Below, one piece after another: positions 53,268 through 62,209 of a stretch of DNA of 64,000 nucleotides. Source of the DNA: Bacteriovoracaceae bacterium (GTDB lineage Bacteria > Bdellovibrionota > Bacteriovoracia > Bacteriovoracales > Bacteriovoracaceae); contig CANFNL010000001.1 in NCBI GenBank assembly GCA_947448205.1, positions 217 to 64,216 of the forward strand, read 5' to 3'. How positions within the stretch are numbered: position 1 is the stretch's first letter; every line of letters begins with the position of its first letter. The position numbers and the translations under genes are program-made. The notes below the pieces were generated by a model that was not told the DNA's origin, ran no database searches, and saw only the letters and a list, made by a program, of their open reading frames with translations.

Positions 53268-54156
53268 TAATTACCTCGAAGGCTTGTTGAAAAAGATAGA
53301 GCATACCTGAAATATTAGCCTTATTTTTACCATATAAATCAAAAGCCGTGCCGTGATCAACACTTAGACGAAGAAATGGCAAACCTAGAGTAATATTTAA
53401 TCCAATTAAACCGTAATGAGATTTAAATTGAGCAAGACCTTGGTCGTGATACATATAAACGAATAATTGTTTAATGTTTGTTTTTTTATATATATGGAGA
53501 ACATCTCCAGAAAAAGGCCCTTTGAAAATTTTACCATATTTTATTTCTAATTCCTCAATAGCTTCATTTATACAAAAATCTTCTGATCCGAGGATACCCT
53601 TTTCTCCGACATGAGGGTTAATACCAGAAAAAACAACTTCGTCGAAAGCAAAAAAATACTTTTTAAAATTATCAAGAGTAAGAGAAATTTTTTTTGTAAT
53701 TAATTCTTTGTTTATAATAACGGATACATCCTTTAGGGCAATATGGTCAGTGATCAAAAGGACATTTTGATTTAACCCTTTAAAAGTCATCGAGATGTTT
53801 TTATTATTAAAGTAACTTCGGAAAAATTCTGTATAACCAGCAAAAAAATTATTATTATATATTAGTTGGTCTTTTGAGGTTGGCAAAGTCACAAGGATAT
53901 CATTACTTTGAATTAACTCTAGCGCTGTTAAAAGGGAATTAGTTGATGAAAAAACAGTTGTTGTTTTATTTTCAATTAGTATTAAATCACCAAATTGCTT
54001 TTGAGATAAGTTAAGTGCTTTAATGTTTTTAGAAAAATCTTTTGTGTTAACAATTAATCTAACTTTGCTTTTTTGATCTTTTGATAAGAGGAGAAAAGAT
54101 TTTAGAAAAATCTCAAGACCAATACCCGATTCATGCCCCTGTGTTACATAAATCAT
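53254..54156 (-). CDS. pdxA: 4-hydroxythreonine-4-phosphate dehydrogenase PdxA family
   Basis: NPHVGE, MYHDQGL, TLGLPFLRLSVDHGTAFD. Confidence 0.92.
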   Translation of the reverse strand: MIYVTQGHESGIGLEIFLKSFLLLSKDQKSKVRLIVNTKDFSKNIKALNLSQKQFGDLILIENKTTTVFSSTNSLLTALELIQSNDILVTLPTSKDQLIYNNNFFAGYTEFFRSYFNNKNISMTFKGLNQNVLLITDHIALKDVSVIINKELITKKISLTLDNFKKYFFAFDEVVFSGINPHVGEKGILGSEDFCINEAIEELEIKYGKIFKGPFSGDVLHIYKKTNIKQLFVYMYHDQGLAQFKSHYGLIGLNITLGLPFLRLSVDHGTAFDLYGKNKANISGMLYLFQQAFEVISVHK

Positions 54157-54172
54157 TCAAAGCCCTCATAAG

Positions 54173-55090
54173 TTAGAGTGAATATTTTATGAAATGCTTG
54201 TTTCTTTCACGTTCAAACCAAACAAGTGCCTCTGATTTAACGGCAACCTCAAAAAGTTCATCATGTATTTTATCTTTTTGTTTTGTAAACTCTTCTGATT
54301 CAACTAGGTCTTTCTTAGCGACATAGAAAATATGGTGTTGACCATTCATGGTTGATGCCAACGATATTGATCCTTCATCTGTATGTTTGAGAAGGTTTTT
54401 GAGTTCAATAGCGATTCCCTCTTCAGAAATATCATCCAGGTTTGTGGCCGTTAAAGTTGAGTATGCCTCAGGGAGGTTTCCATTTATACGGTATTGTCTA
54501 ACAACTTCTTCCATTTGTTTTTTATCTAACTTTGGTAAAACATCAACTGCAATGGCATAATCGATAAGTGTATATTTAAAATTAAGACGAGAATCCTTAA
54601 TATTTTTTTTGAAATAGGTATTTTTAACATCTTGTTCTGAAACAGAAATATTGGGAGAAATAACTCTACTAATGAAGTAGCTATATTCAATGGCTTCTCT
54701 TAAGGTTTCAAAATATTCATCAAAAGTTGAACCTTGTTGATTTAAAAAACTCATTAAAGCTTTGCGATCAACGTTTAACCTTTTTTCATTCCCTTTAATT
54801 TGAGCTTCAACTTGATCATCTGCAATGGTGTAACCCAACTCTGCTAGCTTGGCGCGAATCAAAAGTTTGTTGACTGAAATATTTAAAATTTCTTCGTTAG
54901 TAAAAGAAGCCTTATCGTAAATCATCGGAGCCACATTTTTTTTAATGGCAAGATTTTTACCAACTCTAACAATTTGAGAGAGAGTTATAATATTGTCATC
55001 TACAATGGCCGAAATTTTATCCAATAACTTGGCTTGAGCAGTGGATTGAAAAAGAATAGTGAAAGTAATAATTATGTTTAAAAATTTCAT
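54173..55090 (-). CDS. SurA N-terminal domain chaperone
   Basis: LLDKISAIVDDNIITLS; surA-pdxA synteny. Confidence 0.85.
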   Translation of the reverse strand: MKFLNIIITFTILFQSTAQAKLLDKISAIVDDNIITLSQIVRVGKNLAIKKNVAPMIYDKASFTNEEILNISVNKLLIRAKLAELGYTIADDQVEAQIKGNEKRLNVDRKALMSFLNQQGSTFDEYFETLREAIEYSYFISRVISPNISVSEQDVKNTYFKKNIKDSRLNFKYTLIDYAIAVDVLPKLDKKQMEEVVRQYRINGNLPEAYSTLTATNLDDISEEGIAIELKNLLKHTDEGSISLASTMNGQHHIFYVAKKDLVESEEFTKQKDKIHDELFEVAVKSEALVWFERERNKHFIKYSL

Positions 55091-55164
55091 ATAACCTTCT
55101 ATTAAATACTAAGGTATTTAGAGTAAGTTATATGACTCTTCTAAACAAGTCGCAATAACCAAAA

Positions 55165-55989
55165 TTATTTCAAAAATTCTTTGTTAATTTTAATATTGGC
55201 ACCTTTACGACTTTCAGCGAAATAATCTTCGAGAATTTTATCACGTTTTTGGTCATAAACGATTTTCTTGTAGATCGCTGGATCCACCTCTTTCCATTCA
55301 TGCACACCAAGGACTTTAATTATGTGCAGTCCGAATTGAGTTCTGACAGGGGGAGAAATATAGCCATTTGCTTTACCATTAATAGCTTTAAAAAATTCTG
55401 GAGCATATTTTACAGCTGGCTGGTAACCAAGGTCTCCTCCGGCAGGAGCAGTAGAACTTTGTGAATATTTATTAGCAAGCTCAGGCCATAACTGTGGTTT
55501 AGCCTGGACTTGTTTATACACTTCTAAAGCTTTTTTGGTAGCTTCTTGTGTTTCTTCCTTTTCTGGACTGACTCTGATTCTAAAAAGAATGTGAGCAGTT
55601 CTATATTCTTTATTTTTTGCATAATAATCTTGGGCTTCTTTATCTGACACATTAATGGTTTGTAATTTTTTTTCCAGGTCTTTGGAAATTTGAGCGTGAT
55701 AGAGAACGTCCTCCATTTTTGCTTTTACTACAGGATCATCATTATATTTAGATTCCTTGGCTTTTTTAATTCCTATTTCACGGTTGATAATGTCATTTAA
55801 CACCTTCTCTTTAGTGACAATCTTGTCAGAAACATACATTAGATTTTGTTCGAACGCTTGATCAAGTTGGGTTTTCTTGATTTCCACGCCGTTAACTGTT
55901 GCAACAACAGGGTCAACAACAGTTTGTCCAAAAGTTGAAAAAGAAAAGAGAAGATTTGCGGCCAAAAAAAGATTTGATTTTTTCATCAT
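55165..55989 (-). CDS. parvulin-type peptidyl-prolyl isomerase
   Basis: VVATVNG, TAHIL, GGDLG, SPPVRTQFGLHIIKV. Confidence 0.93.
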   Translation of the reverse strand: MMKKSNLFLAANLLFSFSTFGQTVVDPVVATVNGVEIKKTQLDQAFEQNLMYVSDKIVTKEKVLNDIINREIGIKKAKESKYNDDPVVKAKMEDVLYHAQISKDLEKKLQTINVSDKEAQDYYAKNKEYRTAHILFRIRVSPEKEETQEATKKALEVYKQVQAKPQLWPELANKYSQSSTAPAGGDLGYQPAVKYAPEFFKAINGKANGYISPPVRTQFGLHIIKVLGVHEWKEVDPAIYKKIVYDQKRDKILEDYFAESRKGANIKINKEFLK

Positions 55990-56089
55990 TTGATTCCTGA
56001 TTTATCCAAAGAATTAGTAATTCTGTAACATTTAACTTAGTTTTATATTTATTAATGATAGCAGAAAAATAATTTTAGGTAGAACAAAA

Positions 56090-59000
56090 TCACTTAGATG
56101 GAACTAATTGCTCTGAAATATCTTTTGAAAACTTGAGCAAATCGTTTTGAGTAACGCTAGTTTTATGGGTGTAAATGACTCGATAGTCCGGAGTAAATTG
56201 ATATATTTTAGGACGAGAAATAAAAAAAGAGACAACTTGATCGCGCAGTGAGGGACTAGCCTCCAAAAAAGCTTTATCAAATTTTAAAGTTATAGCAGTG
56301 CCGCCAACTTGCACGGATTTTAATCCTAAGGTTTGCAGATGAATTCTCGTTTCTAAAACAACAAATAAATTACTGATTTCCTCATTGAATAACCCGTAAA
56401 TATCTTGAAATTCTTCGCGAATTTTTTCTAATAAACTTATAGTTTCGCAATTTGAAAGGCGTTTATATTGCTTAAGTCTCTCTCCTGGATCACTAATATA
56501 ATGATTAGGAATAAAAGCTGGAAATGGGGTAAGAATTTCGATATCCTTTTTAAGGATTTTACGCTCTCCTCGAATTTCATTAATAGCATCTTTTAATAAT
56601 TCCATGTAAAGCTCTAGCCCAACTGCTTCAATATGACCTGATTGGGTAGCTCCTAAAATATCACCAGCTCCACGAATCTCTAAGTCAACTGAAGCAATAT
56701 TAAATCCGGCACCCATATCAGCATAAGTTTGAAGTGCATGGAGCCGTTTTTGAGCGATGGTTGAAATCTCCCGCATTCTTGGAACAACAAAATAAGCATA
56801 GGCTTTTTTATCAGATCGGCCTATGCGGCCACGAAGTTGGTGTAATTGAGATAAACCATATGTATCTGCTCTATCGATAATCATAGTATTAGCGTTAGGG
56901 ATATCAATTCCAGATTCAATAATAGTTGTAGCAATGAGAACTTGATAATTTCCATTATAAAAAGAGTTGATTCGGTCTTCGAGCTCTTTCTCACTCATTT
57001 GCCCGTGAGCATAAGTTATTTTTGCCTCAGGAACTAGGTCTTTTATAGAGGCAGCGTATTGTTCTATATCGCTTACTTTATTGTGAACAACAAAGACTTG
57101 TCCGCCTCTTTGCAATTCTTTTTGAATAGCCTGTTGAATGGTTAATTCATCTTCTTTGATGACATAAGTTTTAATCGACTGTCTTCTTGGAGGAGCCGTC
57201 TTTATTAATGATAAATCTCGTAAGCCCAAAAAAGCCATTTGAAGTGTGCGCGGTATAGGAGTAGCAGTTAAAGTGAGAAAATCCACAGATGCTTTCATTA
57301 ATTTTAGTTTTTCTTTGTGACCGACTCCAAAGCGTTGTTCTTCATCTACAATAACTAAGCCTAAGTCTAAAAATTTTAATTTCTCAGAAAGTATCTTATG
57401 AGTACCAATTAATATGTCTATCTCCCCTTTTTCAGCTCGCGCTAAAATGTCTTTTGATTCTTTAGGAGACTTAAAGCGGGAGATAAATTCAATACGAATG
57501 GGGAATTCCTTAAAGCGTTTTGTGAAAGAATTAAAATGTTGTAGGGCCAAGATCGTTGTTGGAACCAAAACCGCTACTTGTTTTTTATCTTCGACAGCTT
57601 TAAATGCAGCCCTCATAGCGACTTCTGTTTTTCCAAATCCCACATCACCACAGACTAAAAAATCCATTGGAACAGGCTTTTGCATAGCGATTAATACTTC
57701 TTCAATCGCCCTTGCTTGATCGGGAGTTTCATCAAATGGAAAAGCTAACTCGAACTCTTTGTAGAGATGATCTGGTTCAGAAAAAGCATAGGCCATAGAG
57801 GATTGTCTTTCTGCTTGGAGTTTTAGTAAATCAAAAGCCAGCGTTTTTGCGGAAGTGCGTGCCCGAGCTTTTAGCATTAAAAATTTGTTAGTTCTTAAGC
57901 TATCTTTTTTTAAGCCAGCATGTGCATCAGCATGCTTTTGAATTTGATTTAATTTATAAACAGGAACATAGACTTTATCATTCTCTGCGTATTTTAAAAC
58001 AAGAAAATCTGTTTTGTCGCCACCTATATCCAGAGCTTCAAGTCCCAAGTACTCACCAACTCCATATTCATTATGGATGACATAATCTCCCGCCTTGAGT
58101 GTAGCTAATTGCTCAGCAAATAAATCCAGATCAACTTTAGAAGATTTTAAAACTTTTGTTTTCTTCGCCGCAAATAAATCACCATCAGTTATTATAAGAA
58201 AATTTTCACCTTCATAATAAAAACCTTCTGTTACCTTGTAGGGAAGAAAGTTAATTCTATCTAGGAGGTCTCTTGGGTATTTTTGAAGTTCAATTAAATG
58301 CTGAATTTCTTTTTTAGAAGTTTCACTGTAAGAAGAAAAATAAATCACTCCTTTAAATTCGAAATGTTTTTTTAAAAAATTAAGAGCAGCAGTTATATAT
58401 TCTGGTTTAGACAAAGCAGGGTTTATAACTTGATTTAAAAATGTTTTTGTCTTAATAAGTCTTAAATCAATTGAATCATCAACTTCACCAAGAGATATGT
58501 TTAGATTTAATTGATCAATTAATAAAACTTTTTGCTTTTCTAAGCTATTAAAGAATGAAAAATCATAAAGAGTAGCAAAGTGAGGTAAAATATTTTCACT
58601 ATTACTATTTTCAGATTCGGATTCAAACTCTAGCCTCAAGGTTTCTATAAGCTCTAAAAAACAACGATGAACTTCATTAGCACCCAAAACAGAAATAATG
58701 ATATCCTTTTGATCGATAAAATCAAAAAGGGAAGCAGCTTGCTTGAAAAATAGCGGAACATAGACAGGGTAATTTTCAAAAAGCAAACCTTCCGAAAGTC
58801 TGGAAAAAAGTGATTTTCGGAACTCAAATTTATTCTTATGCGAGGGTGCTGGCTGTGGAAGATTTTCACGAAGCGTAACTGAAAAATCATGTTTATTAAA
58901 AATACCAGCAGCTGGAGAAACTGTAATTGAGGCAATGGTGCTCTCTTTGATTGATTTCTGTGTATCAAGGTCAATTTTGTGAATTGATTCAATTAAATCA

Positions 59001-59623
59001 TCAAAATAAGAGAGTCGAACAGGATCTCCTCCGACAGGATAAAGATCAAATATTTGGCCTTTTTGTATAAATGTTCCCGGCTCTTCGACAGAGGTCGCGG
59101 AAGAATATCCAAGATCTACTAATTTTTTAGCGAGATCGATTGGCGCAATTATATCGTCAATATTTAGATTAAAACTGTATTGACTGAAAAAAGCAGGAGG
59201 CGGAACTTTTAAGCACAGTGCTTCAAAAGATGTGATTAGTATAAATTTTGTTTTGTTTTGCTTACATTTATCTAACCGACTCAGAACTTCTAAACGCTCA
59301 TAAAAACTCTTTTCCGATGAAATAACTCCACTATAAGGAGAGGCTTCAAGTCCCGGATAAAAATAGATATCAACACCTTGATGCGCCTGGTTTAATGCAG
59401 TTGCCAACTCTTCAGCATCATCATTATTAGCAGTGATAATGAGTTGAGATTTCTTTAAAAATAATTTCGGATTTTCCTGAAGAAAGGAATTTAAAATGAA
59501 AGTCCACTGTTCAAGATTTGTTCCAAAGAGATGCATTTGGGAAGAATGAAATTCATCCCAATTCAGAATTTTTTGAAGCAGTGAATTGAAGTGACTCATA
59601 TGATATTCAGGTTGAGCAAACAA
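56090..59623 (-). CDS. mfd: transcription-repair coupling factor (start possibly ATG 59599)
   Basis: GDVGFGKTEVA, DEEQRFGV, TATPIPRT, QLRGRIGR, DLEIRGAG. Confidence 0.98.
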   Translation of the reverse strand: MFAQPEYHMSHFNSLLQKILNWDEFHSSQMHLFGTNLEQWTFILNSFLQENPKLFLKKSQLIITANNDDAEELATALNQAHQGVDIYFYPGLEASPYSGVISSEKSFYERLEVLSRLDKCKQNKTKFILITSFEALCLKVPPPAFFSQYSFNLNIDDIIAPIDLAKKLVDLGYSSATSVEEPGTFIQKGQIFDLYPVGGDPVRLSYFDDLIESIHKIDLDTQKSIKESTIASITVSPAAGIFNKHDFSVTLRENLPQPAPSHKNKFEFRKSLFSRLSEGLLFENYPVYVPLFFKQAASLFDFIDQKDIIISVLGANEVHRCFLELIETLRLEFESESENSNSENILPHFATLYDFSFFNSLEKQKVLLIDQLNLNISLGEVDDSIDLRLIKTKTFLNQVINPALSKPEYITAALNFLKKHFEFKGVIYFSSYSETSKKEIQHLIELQKYPRDLLDRINFLPYKVTEGFYYEGENFLIITDGDLFAAKKTKVLKSSKVDLDLFAEQLATLKAGDYVIHNEYGVGEYLGLEALDIGGDKTDFLVLKYAENDKVYVPVYKLNQIQKHADAHAGLKKDSLRTNKFLMLKARARTSAKTLAFDLLKLQAERQSSMAYAFSEPDHLYKEFELAFPFDETPDQARAIEEVLIAMQKPVPMDFLVCGDVGFGKTEVAMRAAFKAVEDKKQVAVLVPTTILALQHFNSFTKRFKEFPIRIEFISRFKSPKESKDILARAEKGEIDILIGTHKILSEKLKFLDLGLVIVDEEQRFGVGHKEKLKLMKASVDFLTLTATPIPRTLQMAFLGLRDLSLIKTAPPRRQSIKTYVIKEDELTIQQAIQKELQRGGQVFVVHNKVSDIEQYAASIKDLVPEAKITYAHGQMSEKELEDRINSFYNGNYQVLIATTIIESGIDIPNANTMIIDRADTYGLSQLHQLRGRIGRSDKKAYAYFVVPRMREISTIAQKRLHALQTYADMGAGFNIASVDLEIRGAGDILGATQSGHIEAVGLELYMELLKDAINEIRGERKILKKDIEILTPFPAFIPNHYISDPGERLKQYKRLSNCETISLLEKIREEFQDIYGLFNEEISNLFVVLETRIHLQTLGLKSVQVGGTAITLKFDKAFLEASPSLRDQVVSFFISRPKIYQFTPDYRVIYTHKTSVTQNDLLKFSKDISEQLVPSK

Positions 59624-59698
59624 AATCTTTCCAAGATATTATATTTTCGTGTAATCTAAGAAAACTAAAAAATTGGATTTTTTATCTCGGAGATCAAG

Positions 59699-60127
59699 AT
59701 GTCGACATTTAATCTAGACGTCTACATGCCCGTCGTAATTTTAATTGCGCTCGCACTGCTTGTGGCCGGTGGTTCTATTTTGTTAGGGAGTTTTATACGC
59801 CCTCACAACCCCAACAAACTCAAAGAGACTGCATATGAGTGTGGTGAAGAGCCTGTTGGTTCTGCTTGGGCAAACTTTAACGTAAGATTTTACGTTATCG
59901 CACTCATTTTCATTATTTTTGATGTTGAAAGTGCTCTGATGTTCCCTGTAGCAGCGATCTTCAAAAAATTTAACCAAATTGGTTTGGGTGGAACTTTATT
60001 GCTCTCGATTTTAAGCTTTACCTTGGTTCTAGTAGCGGGAATTGTTTACTGCTGGAAAAAGGGTGATCTTGATTGGGTTAAAAGTTTTAATGCTCCCCAA
60101 GTTAATGTTGCTTCAAAGGATAAGTAA
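59699..60127 (+). CDS. nuoA: NADH-quinone oxidoreductase subunit A
   Basis: YECGEEP, FYVIALIFIIFDVE, WKKGDLDW. Confidence 0.96.
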   Translation: MSTFNLDVYMPVVILIALALLVAGGSILLGSFIRPHNPNKLKETAYECGEEPVGSAWANFNVRFYVIALIFIIFDVESALMFPVAAIFKKFNQIGLGGTLLLSILSFTLVLVAGIVYCWKKGDLDWVKSFNAPQVNVASKDK

Positions 60128-61323
60128 TGAACTCAACTGTTGTCACCTATCTTGCTCAGTCAAATGAATATAGCGCGGTTGTTGCTTGGCTAACTAAATT
60201 GATAGGATTTAATGCTAATTCACTTGTTGCCTTTATGGTTTTTGCTGTTGCCTCACTTGTTGTTGTTGGGGCCCTTGCAACTATTGGCGGTCTTGGAACT
60301 TACGCTGAAAGAAAAATTTCAGCCGATCTTCAAATGAGACAAGGACCTAACCGTGTTGGTCCCTACGGAATTCTTCAGTTTTTAGCAGACGGTGTGAAGA
60401 TGATATTAAAAGAAGATATCATTCCAGCAAACGCCGATAAGTTTACTTTTATTCTTGCTCCCTTTTTATGTATGGTAGGAGTTTTTGCAACTCTAGCAGT
60501 CGTTCCATTTTCAAGCGGCTTTATGCTAGCAGATTTAAATGTTGGTATTTTTTATCTAGTAGGAATGGCTTCACTGGTTGGTGTAGGTGTATTCCTTGGT
60601 GGATATTCTTCAAATTCAAAATGGTCGATGCTTGGTGGAATGAGAGGGGCTTCGCAAATTATTTCTTATGAAATTCCAGCAACTATCACTATTGTATCAA
60701 TTGTACTTTTGGCCGGTGGACTTTCGATTAAAACATTAATCAACGGCCAAGGTGGTCTACCTCAACAATGGTATCTATTTCACAACCCTTTTGCCTTCAT
60801 TGGATTCTTTGTCTATTTCATTGCTGCTTTAGCTGAAACCAATAGAGCTCCTTTCGATCTTCCAGAGGCTGAATCTGAATTAGTTTCTGGTTACCATACA
60901 GAATATTCTGGAATGAGATTTGGTCTATTTGCTCTTGCAGAATATATCGAAGTATTTGTCGTTAGTGGTGTTGCAGTAGCCTTATTTCTCGGTGGATATA
61001 AAGTACCATTCGACTTGGGAACAGGGGCCATATTTGTCGAAAAATTAGGCTTAGATGCAATGATTGCTAAGAACATTGGACAAGTTTTAGAGTTGGGATC
61101 GTTTTTTACAAAAACATTTGCTCTTTATTATGTAGTTATATGGGTTCGTTGGACGCTTCCAAGATTAAGAGTTGATCAGCTTATGACACTTTGTTGGAAA
61201 TACTTAACTCCGATTGCAATTTTCAATTTACTTGGATGTGCTGTTTGGATGTATGCATTTGATGGAAAATCAATTTATTCAATTATTTTTGAATCTGCAG
61301 CAGTAGTAGCAGGACATCATTAA
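60127..61323 (+). CDS. nuoH: NADH-quinone oxidoreductase subunit H
   Basis: ERKISADLQMRQGPNRVG, AETNRAPFDLPEAESELV, PRLRVDQL. Confidence 0.97.
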   Translation: MNSTVVTYLAQSNEYSAVVAWLTKLIGFNANSLVAFMVFAVASLVVVGALATIGGLGTYAERKISADLQMRQGPNRVGPYGILQFLADGVKMILKEDIIPANADKFTFILAPFLCMVGVFATLAVVPFSSGFMLADLNVGIFYLVGMASLVGVGVFLGGYSSNSKWSMLGGMRGASQIISYEIPATITIVSIVLLAGGLSIKTLINGQGGLPQQWYLFHNPFAFIGFFVYFIAALAETNRAPFDLPEAESELVSGYHTEYSGMRFGLFALAEYIEVFVVSGVAVALFLGGYKVPFDLGTGAIFVEKLGLDAMIAKNIGQVLELGSFFTKTFALYYVVIWVRWTLPRLRVDQLMTLCWKYLTPIAIFNLLGCAVWMYAFDGKSIYSIIFESAAVVAGHH

Positions 61324-61350
61324 ATAAGAAAATAGTTAAGGGGACTTACA

Positions 61351-61887
61351 GTGTTTACAAATACACTTTTTTTACTTTCGGCCGTATTAACACTAGGTGG
61401 AGCAGCAGCAGTTGTTTACACAAAAAATTTAATGCACTCATGTGTGTATCTACTCGCTTCACTTTTTGGTGTTGCTGGGCTTTATGCATGTATAGGTGCT
61501 GATTTTCTAGCAGCTACTCAACTTGTTGTTTATGCCGGTGGTGTAGTTATTTTGATGTTGTTTGCTGTCATGTTAACAGGTGGTTCAGGAAATAATATCA
61601 ATAGATACGGTCTTGAAAAAATTACAGCCATGGGAAATACCAAAACTTTTTTTATGGCAGGATTAACAGCAGTCGTTACTTCACTAGTGATACTTAAAAT
61701 ACTTGCAAGTGTTTTTAAATCTCATTCAGCAACAGTGTTGACTGCTAACGAAGCGACTGTAGATAAATTAGGAACATTGTTGGCTACTGACCATATTTTA
61801 GCTTTTGAAATTTCATCAGTACTTCTTTTAGGTGCACTTGTTGGTGCAGCTGTAATATCTAGACCAAGGAAAGAAAAACATGATTAG
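61351..61887 (+). CDS. nuoJ: NADH-quinone oxidoreductase subunit J
   Basis: QLVVYAGGVVILMLFAVML, FEISSVLLL. Confidence 0.95.
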   Translation: MFTNTLFLLSAVLTLGGAAAVVYTKNLMHSCVYLLASLFGVAGLYACIGADFLAATQLVVYAGGVVILMLFAVMLTGGSGNNINRYGLEKITAMGNTKTFFMAGLTAVVTSLVILKILASVFKSHSATVLTANEATVDKLGTLLATDHILAFEISSVLLLGALVGAAVISRPRKEKHD

Positions 61888-62185
61888 CTTAGGATCATAC
61901 TTAGCAATTTCATTTGCACTATTCATATCTGGAATTATTGTAATGATTGCCAGAAAAAATATCATTGCTATGTTATTAGGTATTGAACTTATTTTAAACG
62001 CTTCAGCCCTCAATTTTGTAGCTTATACCAAATTCTCAAACAACAACCTCGATGGACATATCATGAGCTTATTTATCATCGTCATTGCAGCTGCTGAAGC
62101 CGCTGTGGGACTTGGTATAGTTATTAGATTTTTCCAATTAAGAGAAAGCATACATATAGATGATGCGGCCACATTACAAAACTAA
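61880..62185 (+). CDS. nuoK: NADH-quinone oxidoreductase subunit K
   Basis: GIELILNAS, AAAEAAVGL. Confidence 0.96.
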   Translation: MISLGSYLAISFALFISGIIVMIARKNIIAMLLGIELILNASALNFVAYTKFSNNNLDGHIMSLFIIVIAAAEAAVGLGIVIRFFQLRESIHIDDAATLQN

Positions 62186-62209
62186 TGAACTGGTAAGGAT
62201 AAAGAGACT

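Noticed and set aside
54202-54217. TCTTTCACGTTCAAAC as a third parS
   Set aside because: Five mismatches to the parS consensus, not palindromic, and inside coding sequence.
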